Positions 37,501 to 50,623 are shown, numbered from the stretch's first letter. The stretch: DNA of 64,000 nt from Polymyxa betae A26-41 (GCA_003693705.1 RBZT01000336.1:1-64000), one strand, 5' to 3'. Notes: generated from the letters alone by a model not told the origin. Numbers and translations are program-made.

Positions 37501-38426
37501 TAGCGTGGTTCTAGAAATTGTCAAAGCTCGAAGATTGTTGAGAGAACAATGACCTTAATCATGGAACGTAGCAACGGTAGCAGCTTCTGATAGGAGCGGT
37601 TTAACTTGGTGCCGTTGCAATCGAGCTGGAAAATGTTGTTGAGTAGTTCCATAGCGGGGTTCTCGAAGGTGACAGCCTTGTTGAGTATGTGATGCTTACT
37701 GAGATGACAGCGCCCCCTTCGTGAATACAGCAAGTCGGTGCCTTTGATCTTATGATGGGATGGGCTCTGAGACGAATTCTCGTCTCCGGCATTCTCTGGA
37801 TATAGTAGGTGACAAATTGACATGATTTTCATAAAACGGTTTTACTGATTCTGCAGTGAGACAGAACCTTGCCCGAGACTTGGAAATAACAGCCGTTAGA
37901 CAGCGGCTCGAACACCGAACAACGCATTAGAAGCATTCGAATAGGTTCATCGCCCATTCGTTGCAGCAAAAGCGTCCAATTCTGATTATAAAGGTGATTC
38001 CGAATCGTGTTCCAATAAAGGCCACTGGCGAAGGCGCCGTTGGTTAAGACATGATGACCACGCTTACTTCGGTGAATTATCTGATAACAAACTGTGAGAG
38101 CAAATTTCGTGATCCTGTTAACAGGGCTTACTTCCTGAAGCTGCTCTAATATCTGCTTAATGCTGCTGTGAACACAGAAAGTTGAAACTTTGCGAAATGG
38201 GTGGATTGGCTCGCCCGGGCCTTCACAAGGAACGACTAGAGTTCGCTGCAGAAATTGACGGAACCTGTGATGCACTGAGCACAGATTTTGGGCGGTATTG
38301 ACAGAAGGACCTGTCGCTGTCTGCTGGGCAGAGCAGCTCAGGGGCGTCATCTGGCCGAATGGACATGGCGACGTCGTAGAGCGAAACGATGTGTTCAGAA
38401 CCGAACAACGACGCCAGAACCTCCAT
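34505..38426 (-). CDS. TERT: Telomerase reverse transcriptase, multi-exon
   Basis: GQ (WTLLLQRMGD...GCYFQVSG), CP (NHAKFNYERLLEATC), QFP, T (FYCTESEPYRNRVFYYRH), motifs 1/2 (KLRLLPK..VRPLIN), A (IVGTDFTKCFDKI), B' (GIPQGSILSTILCSLY), C (LLRHVDDFL), D (NPAKT), E (WCGYLFD); CTE ends ...FRKIAF*. Confidence 0.97.
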
Positions 38427-38668
38427 GACGCCAATGCAGCTGTCCCTTAATATAGACTCCTTTAGATTGTGCGCCCAGAACCCAGAAAATGGACTGGGTT
38501 GGGAATGGGATACATGGGAGCCGTAACGTCAAATAAGGAAGCAGTGCAGACAACGCAGCAGACTTTGAACACTGCACTCAGAACTGACAGTAACAAGCAA
38601 ACGAAGGGGCGCGACACATTGACGCCAAGATTGGTAAGACATTGCTGGGGAATGCTTCCATCAGATCT

Positions 38669-38741
38669 GCTCCTGTGATGTAGTGGTTATCATATCGTGT
38701 TTACACCGCGAAGGTCGGCGGTTCAATCCCGTCCGGGAGCA
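38669..38741 (+). tRNA. tRNA-Val (anticodon TAC)
   Basis: Acceptor GCTCCTG/CGGGAGC; anticodon arm TCGTG-TTTACAC-CGCGA; T loop TTCAATC; T-rich Pol III terminator follows. Confidence 0.93.
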
Positions 38742-39073
38742 GTTTCTTTTTGACGCTGGCTCTGTTTCTGATGCGTTTCTGCAATTACACCTTGCCATGT
38801 CGTATCAGTCAGATGGCTTTTTGAAACGCAGCTTCTCGATATGTGCACTTTTATTAGGAGCATGGTTTCAAAGCGGAATCATTATTAAAAATGTCATCTG
38901 TAACAATACAAGCTGGCTTCGATTAGAGGGTTGCTGCGTCTTACTTGAAGGTCCCGTCATCTCTGTGACCGCATCAATCAGAATTTCTTATCTAAAAGGG
39001 TCCCGCCTTGCTTTCGAAGGATGTTTCATCAATCTGCACAGAGCGCCTCCTGGCTAAGGGACGCCAAGCTGCA

Positions 39074-42000
39074 ATGGTGGTTCCAATAGCTCCGGTGACG
39101 CCCGGCGCCATACCGGCGCAGCATTACGTCGCTGTCAACTTTGTTGAACAGCCGATTGAAGGCGGCAATGTGCTCAAGGTCCGGTACGCCAAAGCAGATG
39201 GGCGGCCGTTCAATCCAGATAGGCCAAGCGAGTTCTGTACCCGGTAGACAGTTGAAGAGGGCTGTTAGAGTTCTGATCTAATTGTGTTCCCAAGGTATAC
39301 CCCGGTCTGTGGGCCTGCTGAACAGTTTCCTTCCCAGTATTTAACATCAAGTGCTGTCCATAGAAGGTTATAGTTACTTTTTCTTTGCGATTTGGTTTTT
39401 ATGCATTTTCCTCAACGTCGTTGTGTCAATAGACATTAACCAGGGCCAATGACAAATCCATTCTGACATCGGATTGTAGATCCATCGAGACAATGATATC
39501 AGTGACAATGTATAATGAGGATCCGAGCGATTTAGAGCGAACGCTGAAAGGTTCTCTCAATTTGCCATTTTTATCCGAATGAATAAATCGTTCAGGTATC
39601 TGCCGAAACGTTGACGAGTTCGTGGCGCAAAACGGAAGAAACGCTTGGAGGCAAATTTTGGTGGTTATAGTATCGGATGGTCGCCGTCAATGCAATGCTG
39701 AAACCCTATCGTTTCTCGAGAAACTTGGCGCTTTCAACGAGCGGCTGATGAGTGATGTTCTTGAGGTACCACATTTTTCTGACTGCGTTTAGACCTTATC
39801 GGGATTCGATATTTCAGGTTTCCAATGATGTCACATTACACTTGTTCGAGACGACCGTTATCTTAAGCGATAGCTTAACGAAGACCCACGCCCCGCTTCA
39901 GCTGTCATTTGCGTTAAAGGAGCACAATGGCGGAAAACTGGATTCACATCGCTGGTTTTTCAATGGTATTGCCGCTCAGGTAATATCCCGGGAACTCGAA
40001 GTAGTTTACCTCTAAGAATTGTTTGTGACAGATTCAGCCGAAATACACATTCATGGTCGATGTCGGAACTAAACCGGATCCAACGGCTATTTGGAAGCTG
40101 TATGCTAAATGAAATACTTCGTGGGCGCCTGATTAAGTCTTGATTTTTAGTTATGAAGTGATGGAGGATGACCCTAATGTTGGTGGATGTTGTGGTGCGT
40201 TAGCTTTTCTACCCGGGCTCTATCTGCCTAAACCTGCATCTGTAGGGCAAATCGACACAATCGGTAGTGCTCATTCAAACCCGTATATTGCCGCCCAGCA
40301 GTTCGAATATCTGATTTCTACGGTTCTCGACAAATCGATGGAATCTGTATTCGGATTTATCTCGGTTCTTCCCGGTGCATTCAGTGCCTACAGGTAGTGT
40401 CTAACTCAAGCTGATCTTTATCCGCTTATAGTCAAGGACAGATATGAAGCAATTGAGGGTCCACCTTTAGCTAAATATTTCAAACTATTGGAGGCAGATG
40501 CAGCTGATCTTGGGCCTTTCCAAGGTATTGCCACTTAACGTTTGGCTAGTTTATTCTTATCCTGCTTCTAGGTAACCTGTATCTAGCTGAAGATCGAATT
40601 CTTTGCTTTGAGGTAAGTCATTATTAGGAGATTCCTACCACAACTGAATTTGAGTAGGTGCTGGCGAGGAAAGGTTCTGCATGGACCCTTCGGTTTGTTA
40701 AAGGGTCTACAGGTAAATTTCTGGCTACCAAAGTTTACTTCGTCTGAACAAACAATTAGCAACAACCGATGTACCTGATAAATTGACGGCCCTGATCAAG
40801 CAGCGGCGAAGGTGGTTAAATGGATCTTTGTTTGCGACTGTTGGAGTTGTAGCAAATCTTAACAAGTTCTTGAATGATTCGGCACATCATTGGCTTCGAA
40901 AGGTTGGTAATTTATCAGTCTGACATCACATACTCACGCGTTGCAGTTGGCCATCTCTATATTATTTGCGTTCTATGCAGGATCGACGTTGTTGTCGTGG
41001 TTTCTTTTGGCCAATTTTTATTTAATGTACACGTTCGCTGGAGACAGCACGTCCGAGTTTTATATGATGCTGGCTGCAATGTTTTGGTAATTCAGTTGAC
41101 ATTAATCATCATACAGTCCCAACTTCTTTCAGGCTAATGACAATTGTCCAGCTTGTTTTGGGACTTGGTAATAAGCCTGAGCAAATGGAAAAAGTAATTC
41201 AAGCCTTCTTTGTTAAATATTTGGAGATTGATCGGATAATAACAGGCATACTTCTTATGTTCTGCCGGATATGGTATATTTTTCTTTGTTACATTAACAC
41301 TGACAACAGCACAACTGGTAAGTGTAGATAATCAGCTTGAGCTCTAATCTGAGACTGATGTAGATATCGGGGAAATCGAACCTGTTTTCTACAATAGCGG
41401 CTGTTGCAACGGTTTCAGTTTATGTAATCTCGTCGATATTGCATGGAGAGTTTTTTGCTATCACAAGTTCATTCATCCAGTACTTTTTCCTCTTACCAAC
41501 ATTTCTGGTACATTTCATTTTAAATGTGACGTCATTTGAACTAAACGATGACGAACAGATTTCGTTCCCGATATATTCATTTTGTAATATCCGTAAGCCA
41601 TCGACCTAAAAGTAAATCACAAATTTGATTATTTCGCAGATGATGTCAGTTGGGGCACGAAAGGATGTAAGTCATCAACATTGATTTGATTGTTCTCGCT
41701 AAAGAAAGCTTAGTGGATCAAACGCAAGAGAGAGTAGCGAAAGCAAGTAATCGTATTGAGCGGGAGATGGCAGAAACCAAAATGAAAATACGGGAGCAGC
41801 AAATGCGACAAACCGAAACTCGATTTCGTATATTCCGATCATATCTGGTGGGTATCAGCAAATGCAAAAGGATTTTTTTAAAGCAGATGTAGGTCATCGC
41901 ATGGGTCGGATCAAACGTGGCCTATATAGCTCTGGTTTCCTCGTTTGCCTTAGAAACGTCGACCTATTTTGGTAAGAATACCTAATTAGTCCCCGGCAAT

Positions 42001-42178
42001 CAGAGTAACAAAATGGATAGATGCAACATTTCTCGTTTTCTCCTTCTTCAATGCATTTCGATTCATATTCAGTTGTATCTATATTCTCCAGCATTGGTTT
42101 CGGCTAATGCTGAAATCATGTCGGCGTTCCAAGGATAAGAAAAAGTACGCGACTGAACAATACCATGTTGAGTCATAG
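39074..42178 (+). CDS. CHS: Chitin synthase (GT2, division-1/oomycete-like), about 20 introns
   Basis: [42 protein letters not shown]...[51 protein letters not shown]. Confidence 0.96.
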
Positions 42179-42290
42179 TTAGCATAAATACAGTAAACAT
42201 ACTGCCTGCATTGAGCGCAAGGTTTAAAACTAATCATATAAGACAATGTTTAGAATTTGCAAGATTTGACCCAGGAACAGCGATGTGCAC

Positions 42291-44218
42291 TCAATCAAAA
42301 CGGGCAATGGGATTATCTCTGCACATTCGCAGGTCGACTTTGTGACCGAACAGATCACGAATATGAGAAACGCCATATTTGATCATAGTGGGACGTTCTA
42401 ATGATAAACCCCATGCGATCACTTTAACGTTAGGAGGGAGTCCCATTGGCTCCAACATTTCGGGACGAAAAATTCCTGAATTTCCAACTTCCATCCACTT
42501 GTTCAATTCGGGTGAGTACCTAAAACTGTTCAACAAAAACAAACAGAACTATGCACCGTTGATACCCGAAAATCTCCATGCTCGGTTCAGTGTACGGATT
42601 ATAGGCGGGTTTGAACTTTACATCGGTAATGCCGATCCTCTTGAAGAAAGTCGAAATGACACCGATCAGATCGCCAAGAGTAAGGTTGTAATCGGCCACG
42701 AACCCTTCCACCTGATGGAATTCCGCAAGGTGGGTGGCATCGACAGTTTCATTTCGGAAAACCCGGTCAATCGAGAAGTAGCGTTTGGGTTGAAACTTGC
42801 CCTAAATAACCGTAAATCATGAGGTATCAAAGATAGTGACGTGTGGAAATACCTGCGCCAGCTGGTATAACATCTTGGAAGAAACAGCAGTCGTATGAGT
42901 TCTCAGCAGATTCTTACGGGCTTCGTCGAGCGACCAGGGATAACGCCATCCCAACGATCCAGTACCTGGACACAATTCAAATAGCGCCGCGAACTCTTTA
43001 ACGCGACGCACTTCCACCAGTCTCATGTGTATCCTGGACGATTTTGACGTAATTATCTGGTAATGAAAGGGTTTGATCGGGCTCTAATGACTGGATTAGA
43101 GAAGCGAAGGAAAGGAATACTGGTGAATACTCTCAAGGAAAAAGGTGTCATGAGCATCACGAGCAGGGTGCTGTTGAGGTTGGAAGAGTGAATCAAAGTT
43201 CCAGAATGAGCTCTCGACGAACTGATTAGTGGGCATCTCTTCGAATCTAAAAAACGAAGTGCTCAGGGATCAAGTTCAACCACCAGCAAACTGATCATGA
43301 TACCCCATTTCCAAAAGAATCGACCGGAACTGGGCACGAACTTTCATCAATGGATGCAGGGTACCGAACGGAATCGGGCGACCCTTGGCATTGTAGTTGT
43401 ACTCCTTGAAAGTGGCCGTCTTCCACGATCCAGACTGTAGCATCTCGCTGGTCAAATCAGTCGCCAACACTTTACGGGTGAGGGAGAAGGACGGCCCCTT
43501 CGTGAGAGCATACTTCTTCAACGAGCTGCAATGATAATCAGCAATGGATCATTTTCGTCAAATCAAAGAAAAAGGCCGGAAATAAACAGTGAGGAACTGG
43601 TTATTACGTGGTCTGAACCAGCTTTCGCTTTTTCAAATTTTTGATCTCGTCAGGCGATCCGGAATACGATCCAGAGCCGATCGCGGCCAGCGTCTCACGA
43701 AGCAAGTCGATTATATCAGAAACAGCGCGCCGAATCAATCCGTTTTCTGAGACCGCGTCTGGTTAAACGAAAACACAGATCTCCGAGCGCATACCTAATC
43801 GAATCCATTTCAAGCGCATGGCTTGTGAGAACCCAATTTGACCGACAGCACCCAGCTTTTTCATCAGGTCGTCTTTGACCAGACCATCATCAGGCAGGGC
43901 CAAGAAAGTCTGCGCTTCAGGCGATCCTGACGACACATATTCACGACCTTCATCCGTCAACGCTAAGATATCGACGGCGCTCATTGAATATTCTACCATG
44001 GCGGCAGCACTGAGACTCATAATAACGCCCACAACATCCTTCGACAGTGTTCAGCTAAAGAGGACGAGGAACGTTATCCGCTGCGGTACGTTGTGGTTGA
44101 ACCCATGAGTGTGCGCAAATACGACTGAATCAGGAAGGGTCTGCTGGGAGTCGAGAGTCGTCAGAATTAGCCTCTCGATGTCGGCCTTGGCCCGATCGTC
44201 ATCGATGACAACAGTCAT
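42291..44218 (-). CDS. FARSA: Cytosolic phenylalanyl-tRNA synthetase alpha subunit, multi-exon
   Basis: [101 protein letters not shown]. Confidence 0.97.
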
Positions 44219-44818
44219 GGCAGACAGAAACTAAGAAGTGAGGACTCGGACCAAAATCATGCGCCCGGAGCTTTTTTATTTTGCATACGGTCATCAATCG
44301 AATGTTTCGTTACTTTTGGCTGTAAAGTGTAAACTGAAGAAAATGCGCTACATGATAGCAGCAGAAAGGCGTGATGTTGCATTTTTTGCAGATTTGGTGT
44401 TGATTTGGCAGTTCGTTGAGAAGCAGCGACAGAGAACGAATTGCATCTTCACGATTAATGATTATGTGTAAAATCGCTGCTTTGGAGAAGAACCAAGAGT
44501 AATATATTCACCACACAATTTCATCGTTAACAGTCTCGAGGCGAGAGGCAACGTTAAATGCATCGCTTTTGTAAGCATTTCTTTTATAATATGATATTGT
44601 TCTGTCTCTACACACTGCATCTTTGGCTGCCGACAGATTCGCTTTTGTGTGAGATATCCGAAGATGTAACCCGTCTGGCTCGGGGTCGTGGGGTCTGTCC
44701 CCGCCCCTCTTCATTTCCATCGGCAGTGTATCACTTCCTCTACTGACTGCAACCCTCCAGCACCTTCATTTTCCATCTCGTGTTGTCATGAGCGTATGGA
44801 CGACGGAGTGAATCCAAG

Positions 44819-47800
44819 ATGCCCATCGCCCGACTTCCGGCCGTGCGGCCGGCTTTCAAGAAGCTGGTCATGTACGAGACGAGACATGTCGGTGCCGTCT
44901 CTTCGCCGTCGTTGATACTGATAGTTGGACAGAAACTCTATATGGTAGCCTATAATGCCCTTGATCGCACCTATCACGTCATGAAGATCGATCGTGGCGA
45001 TGCTATGGCGCCCCTTCAAATCTCGGTTGTAGAAGGCGGTTTAAGTCGTGAACAGGTCGTCATTGGCACAATGGTTGTTGTCGCTGATTCCCGCTCAGGT
45101 CTACGACCTTCTTGGTCGCATCCACGCCGCCAATATGCATTCTGGCGGCCTTGTAAAATCAGTGACGGCTGTTGCCTTGCTGGGATTAATTCAGGTAAGC
45201 GCAATATCCTATACCTAAATGTCGTTGATTGGAGCTTGCAGTTCTTACAAGGACACTATATTGTACTCGTGACGCAAGCACGTCGGGTCGGGAAAATAGG
45301 ACCGCATTTCATATACAATGTTGTAGGCACCGCCCTAGTACCTATTGCCTCGTCGTCCAGCAATGGGTCTGTCTTGACCCAGGTTCAGCTTTCCAACTGC
45401 TCTTTCTATCGCACATTTCTCTTCAAGCTGCTTTCGCTCTCGTTTTCAGTGACTCTTCTTCATCTAAATTTCGTCAACTTCAAAAAAACAGCTCAATTTT
45501 TTTTTGCAATTCGTCAATTTCAACGTGCATACGAAACGGTCGCTTTGTTGCAGGCGTATTCATTGTTCTGGATTGTAGGATCTGGCCTCCGAAGCCCGTT
45601 ACAAAGCGCTGCTATCGAACCTGGACTTGACCGAAAACTTCTACTTCAGTTACACGTACGACTTGACGCGCACTCTCCAGTCCAACATGCTCAAACCGAA
45701 TCGTGGCCCGGCCTTGCACTTCATTTGGAATCAATTCCTCAAAACCAAATGCGAGGCCATTCCTTCCGTAATGCTGGCTGCATCCGTACTGGTCCAGAAG
45801 TCACTAACTGATGACACAGATCTGGTTCGTTGATTTGGTTCACGGGTATTTCGAGCAGAAATGCCTGTCGATTCTGGGCCGGTACGTCTCGATCACGTTG
45901 ATCTCGCGGCGCTCGACCCGATTCGCGGGAACCCGCTATCTGAAGCGCGGTATCAATCTGGAGGGATGCAGCGCCAACGATATTGAAACCGAACAGATAT
46001 GTCACGATCGTGATCAGGCCAGCTTAAGACACTTAAACTCTGTTGTTTTCTGCTGAAACCCGTCTTTAGGGTGATGTCCATGATACCGGTCTCTATACCA
46101 GTTACGTTCAACATCGGGCATCGATTCCGTTATACTGGACTCAGGTACTGTACTATTCACGATTCAGTATGGCGCGAGTCTGAACACTTCCCTGTAGGAG
46201 CCGAACGCCATGGTGGCGCGTCCAATTATCTCGATTCAGTATGCCGACCCAGTGACTGAATTTTCTGGGATTTTGGATGGTCTGCTTAAAGTCTCCATAG
46301 ATCGTTCGAGGTATGCGCCGACATTTTGAACGACTTCTGGAGCGATATGGCGCTCCGATCATCTGCCTCAACCTGATTCGACAGTCCGAACCAGTACGTA
46401 TCGTTTTTAGCCAGATCCTTCTTCTTTACGTGTTCGCTCTTTTTTTATGCTCTCTGAATTTAAGCTTCAATCGTGTAAATTATCGAACTTCAGATGCCAC
46501 GATTCCGCTGATGAACGCTGCGTTGTGCTTAACTCTGTTTTAGTTTTCTTACGACTTATAACCGTCTTTGATCAACTCACATTGTGGTCTCTTGGATAGG
46601 TACCGCGCGAAACACGTCTCGGGGCTCCATTTCGTGACGGAGTTCAATTTCTCAACCAATTCGCGCATCCCAATCAGCAAATCGAATACATCGAATGGGA
46701 TTTTAAGAAAGTCGCGAAAAGCCGGTAAACAGACAATGAAGCTATAATATCTGTCGTTAAGTTATGGCAACAAGAACGAGGAATGTCGCAGAGGAGCTTG
46801 GCGCCATCGCAGAGCACGTTCTCGAACGAACCGGTTTTTTTCACAGTACATGGAATGGACTGCCGCAATTTCGTCAAAGCGGCGTCTGCAGATCGAACTG
46901 TATTGACAGTCTGGATCGGTTATACTCTCTAGTTGGTGACACCTCTCAACCCTGACATTTCGGTGGTAGGACGAACGTCGCACAGTACTGCATTGGAAAA
47001 TGTGCATTGGGTCAACAGGTATCCCTTTCTAACTGGTTATCATCTTTCAAAAGTTTCAATGTCTTGCTTGAATTACAGCTCGGCTGGTCAATCTTTCTCT
47101 TTACTTGGTCGTGCCATACTTTATGTGAATGTTAAAACAGTTGTTCCATATGGGACTGATGTCGCGAGCCACATTTCCAGAGGAAAGTCCTGTTATCAAG
47201 CTACTGCTGGAGATGTATGAGCGCATGGGTGACTGCCTGGCGTTACAATATGGCGGGTCGCAGATGCATCGGCAGGCATCAGACACCCCGTTGTTTTCAT
47301 AGTTGGTTAAAAGTTCGGTAGATTAAAAAAGAAAAAAGCCAGAATGTAATCTCGTCGGTGCCAGTTTTATACCGTCTTCGGTACAGCCTTGCAAAAGTCA
47401 GTAGAGCTTAGTTTAATGTTTACCTGCAGGACGCAGGCGAAGCCGAAGGAGATTCTGGTTTCTATTTTACGCCATTATCAGGTCAGAATGGACCTCTGTA
47501 CTTTTTTCGTTCGATGCTAATTGAAAATAATACCAGAACAGCTTTCAGGACAAAGACAAGCAGGACGCGTATAACCTGTTTCTAGGCGTGTTTCGCCCCC
47601 GATCATGCAGGACCTGCCCGCTCTGGGAAATTTCATCCGATTTCTACCTGCATAATCCACAGCCGCCCATTACGCAACGTCTTCAGGTAATATTGACACC
47701 TTTTCCATTGTTACTGGGTCTCCTTCTATATTTTGCTTTTCGGTTTTCGCGACCACGTCATAATCCTTTTGTTGTTAGAATGTTGGCCTTGAATTAACGC

Positions 47801-48577
47801 CTCGGAATTGGACTCTGGCACCAGCATCTAATTTCGACACCGAAACCGCTACTGTTGAAAGAAGTCAAATTCTTTTTCATTCTCCGTTGGAGCAATCAGG
47901 TCTGCTTGTTTGTCAGTAGTTTACCCATATGTTTTAACTGTTACTGTTTTCAAAGACGATTATTTTCGGGAATGCTACAGCACTGACTCGGTAACGTTAT
48001 TTGACGAAGAACTGGAAGTGAACCGAGCGCAGCCGATTACGGTTTATCCCGTTTCTGAACCTGCCCAGGTTTTTCAGACAATCATGGCCTGTGAATGTTT
48101 TTAATCGCTTCCAGGGTGGTTCAGGAGTTGTGGCGCGGATTTGGCGGAATCTGTATTTTCGTTCAAATACGAATAGCAATGCCCGTTCCCTTTCTGTTGG
48201 AGATGATGAGCTTCAGACGGGAAACTCGGTTTGTCTCTGTCCTGCCTAATTCCGCTTGATGCTGAAACTTCTAAGAGTTTGCAGGCGTTTACTTTCGGGC
48301 CCTATTCCTATCACTCAGGACCGCTGCATGAAAGCATGAATGATAACGATCTGGCAACGTCACCATTTCATTTTGCTTATCTGCTGTGTAGAGAAACACA
48401 TTCGGTGCTGACCAGGTAAAATCACCTCCACCATAGTTTGTTTCCCTTACCAGACACTACAGTTACGTCTCGGGAGAGTCGCTAAAGCACAAAAAGGATA
48501 CAAGGTTTCCAGGCATTGATACATCTGCACTTATCACAGGAGTGAATCTTCCACCTCGGCCGAACTGGCAAGCGTGA
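44819..48577 (+). CDS. FIG4: SAC-domain phosphoinositide phosphatase, FIG4/SAC3-like, multi-exon
   Basis: KKLVMYETR, FLQGHYIVLVT, NFYFSYTYDLTRTLQSN, LISRRSTRFAGTRYLKRG, ANDIETEQI, HFERLLERYG, catalytic RSNCIDSLDR|TN, GDCLALQYGGS, KQDAYNLFLG. Confidence 0.93.
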
Positions 48578-49796
48578 TTGTTCTCAACTGTCTTTAAAAT
48601 GGCACAAAAAACATAATTAAAAAGGTTCTAATGACTTTATTGGCAATTTTAACTCTACATGTTCACATAAAAGATAAGTTTGGACTATATGTGAACCTGT
48701 GTGCAAAAATGTCGCACGATGGGTGAATCAGCTGGCAACTGAATATGCCAACCAACTGTCTACATGTGCTTGCATAAATACGACTGGACACTGTAGACGG
48801 AACAAGAACCAAATGATCTGTCTACAGTCTCCAGCAGCAACGAAACGCATTCGGCAGCAAGAGAAGGCACCGAAACAGATACTCCATTTATGGCATATGC
48901 ATCACAGAACTCCGCAGACCGCAGCGCAGAAATAATCCGCAGGCACATCCGGGAATGAAATATTAAACCATTGATGCATATATTTCCTAATTCCAAAAGC
49001 CCCTGCCACATTTTAGCATCCTGTTGCAATTTGCAGTTGCAAAGTTCGGCCTTTAAAAGAAAACAGAACGCTGATCACCAGAAAGCTTTCACGACTAGCG
49101 ATAAAAATTCATGGCCTCCAACCTGCTGGAGTAAATACGGCTTGCGAAAGAAACTGCAAGGCGCTCCAACAAGTCGATGACGAATCGTATCGCTGTCAAT
49201 CAATAACGCCGATCTGATGATATAGTTGGACTGTTGCTTGTCCCTAAATACGAACAATCCCGACTCCTTGAGCGAAGCGCTCCCATGAACTCAGAAATCG
49301 TGTGTTGGGCATTTACTGGGAATGGTTGTGATGCAGGCTCTAGATCTAGAAACGCTATCATTCTCAAAGTGATATTATGAGGAGCTTATGAGAATGTAAA
49401 TCCTATAATAGTTTTGCTGGAGCGACTCCAAGGCCTAGCCCAGACTTTGACCAAGGTGCAGTTTGAAGGCAAATAGAGAATGAATGATAATTGATGAATA
49501 CACAACAAAGCGGTAGCGGTCTCTTTGAGCCAGCATGAATCGGAAGAATCATCTAGACCATGGACACAGGAAAACTGTTTCTCAACATAATCACATAACG
49601 AAATTGCCCTGAAATACATAGAAAACGGGGGATTCTGGCGTTGAGATTAACGAAGCGAACCAAAACATGTCTTGTGATCTCAAAACAGGTTAATTCAGTT
49701 TCTGACAGAACTTCTGTCATCAGAAGGTTGCTGAGCATGGATGGAGAACATCGCCCTGCCTCAACAAACAAGCTTTATGTTGGAACCAACCCCATC

Positions 49797-50481
49797 CTAA
49801 TGAGCGATTCGGCGCTTCCTTGTTTTGACCAGAGATGAGATTTTCTTGAATTCTGGATGCTCAGCAGTACCCAACAACTGGAACAGAAGACTCTCTAATG
49901 TGGTCAAAATGACACCCTCGGCAGCGAGCCGTTTCAACGCGATCTTCCTATCAATATCATAATGGCTGGAAACAGCATCGCAAGCCAAAAAGACATTATA
50001 GCCCATGTGAAGCAAGTCTAACGCCGTTTGAAGAATACAGATGTGTGCCTAAGAAAGCTGAAATACCACAGCAACAAGTACTGGAATGCAATACCTCAAT
50101 GCCGACTATAATTACAGATTTGATGCCATTAGAATTTGTTAGAAATTGCTTAACTTGGCAATCTGGAGCCACCATTGAGAAAGCCATCTTCTTAAAGAAT
50201 GCTGCAGAGGCGTTGGCGTTTCGAATCTCGGACACCGTTTGTCCAAGACGATCCGGATTCTCACTTCAGCATAAATAAACCAGAACAGCCTTGGTATCAC
50301 CAAGTCTCACCTGCTCGCTGCAGACAACCGGGATGTTGAGAATCTCGGCGGCCTGTAGCAAGACTTGGGTCGTCTCGATCAGATCGTCCATGTTCGGGAT
50401 CACTCCACGAAACCCGTCCTGCAGATCGCAGACGAGGACAGCGAACTGGCTCGGGGCCAGCCTCGCCTCACCTGCAGCCAT
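49797..50481 (-). CDS. Isochorismatase-family hydrolase (ISOC1/2-like), 3 exons
   Basis: LVCDLQDGFR, SEQ|NPDRLGQTV, KKMAFSM, IVGIE|AHICILQTALDL, ACDAVSS, TLESLLFQLLGTAEHPEFKKIS. Confidence 0.92.
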
Positions 50482-50550
50482 TCGCTTCAATCGCCCTAAG
50501 ACGAACCGCCCTCGTCTAGTTCGTTGGAAAGCAAAGTGACACCATCTGAT

Positions 50551-50623
50551 CGCTTGGTGACGCAGTTGGCAGCGTGCTGGGCCCATAACCCAGAAGTCCC
50601 AAGATCGAAGCTTGGCCGAGCGA
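50551..50623 (+). tRNA. tRNA-Met (CAT), initiator-type but with a C1:G72 pair
   Basis: Acceptor CGCTTGG/CCGAGCG plus A73; D arm ACGC/GCGT; anticodon arm CTGGG-CCCATAA-CCCAG with three G:C pairs; T loop ATCGAAG (A54); T9 terminator downstream. Confidence 0.9.

Noticed and set aside
34505-38426. Retroelement, retron or other novel reverse transcriptase system
   Set aside because: Has telomerase-specific GQ, CP, QFP and T motifs and many spliceosomal introns; no LTRs, endonuclease or integrase
38427-38668. Telomerase RNA gene linked to TERT
   Set aside because: By eye I found no template-like repeat-and-a-half (CCCTAACCC, CCCTAAACCC, CCCTAAAACCC) here or in other intergenic gaps; a divergent template cannot be excluded without computation
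38683-39057. ORFs overlapping the tRNA genes (also 50524-50757)
   Set aside because: Non-ATG starts, overlap clear tRNA cloverleafs and have no protein features
44819-45811. 330-aa ORF as a single-exon protein
   Set aside because: It runs through several introns and drifts in and out of the FIG4 frame; conserved motifs join only after splicing
46880-46990. FIG4 as a catalytically dead phosphatase (CIDSLDRT instead of CxDCLDRT)
   Set aside because: The essential CX5R(T) Cys and Arg are intact; only the second Cys differs
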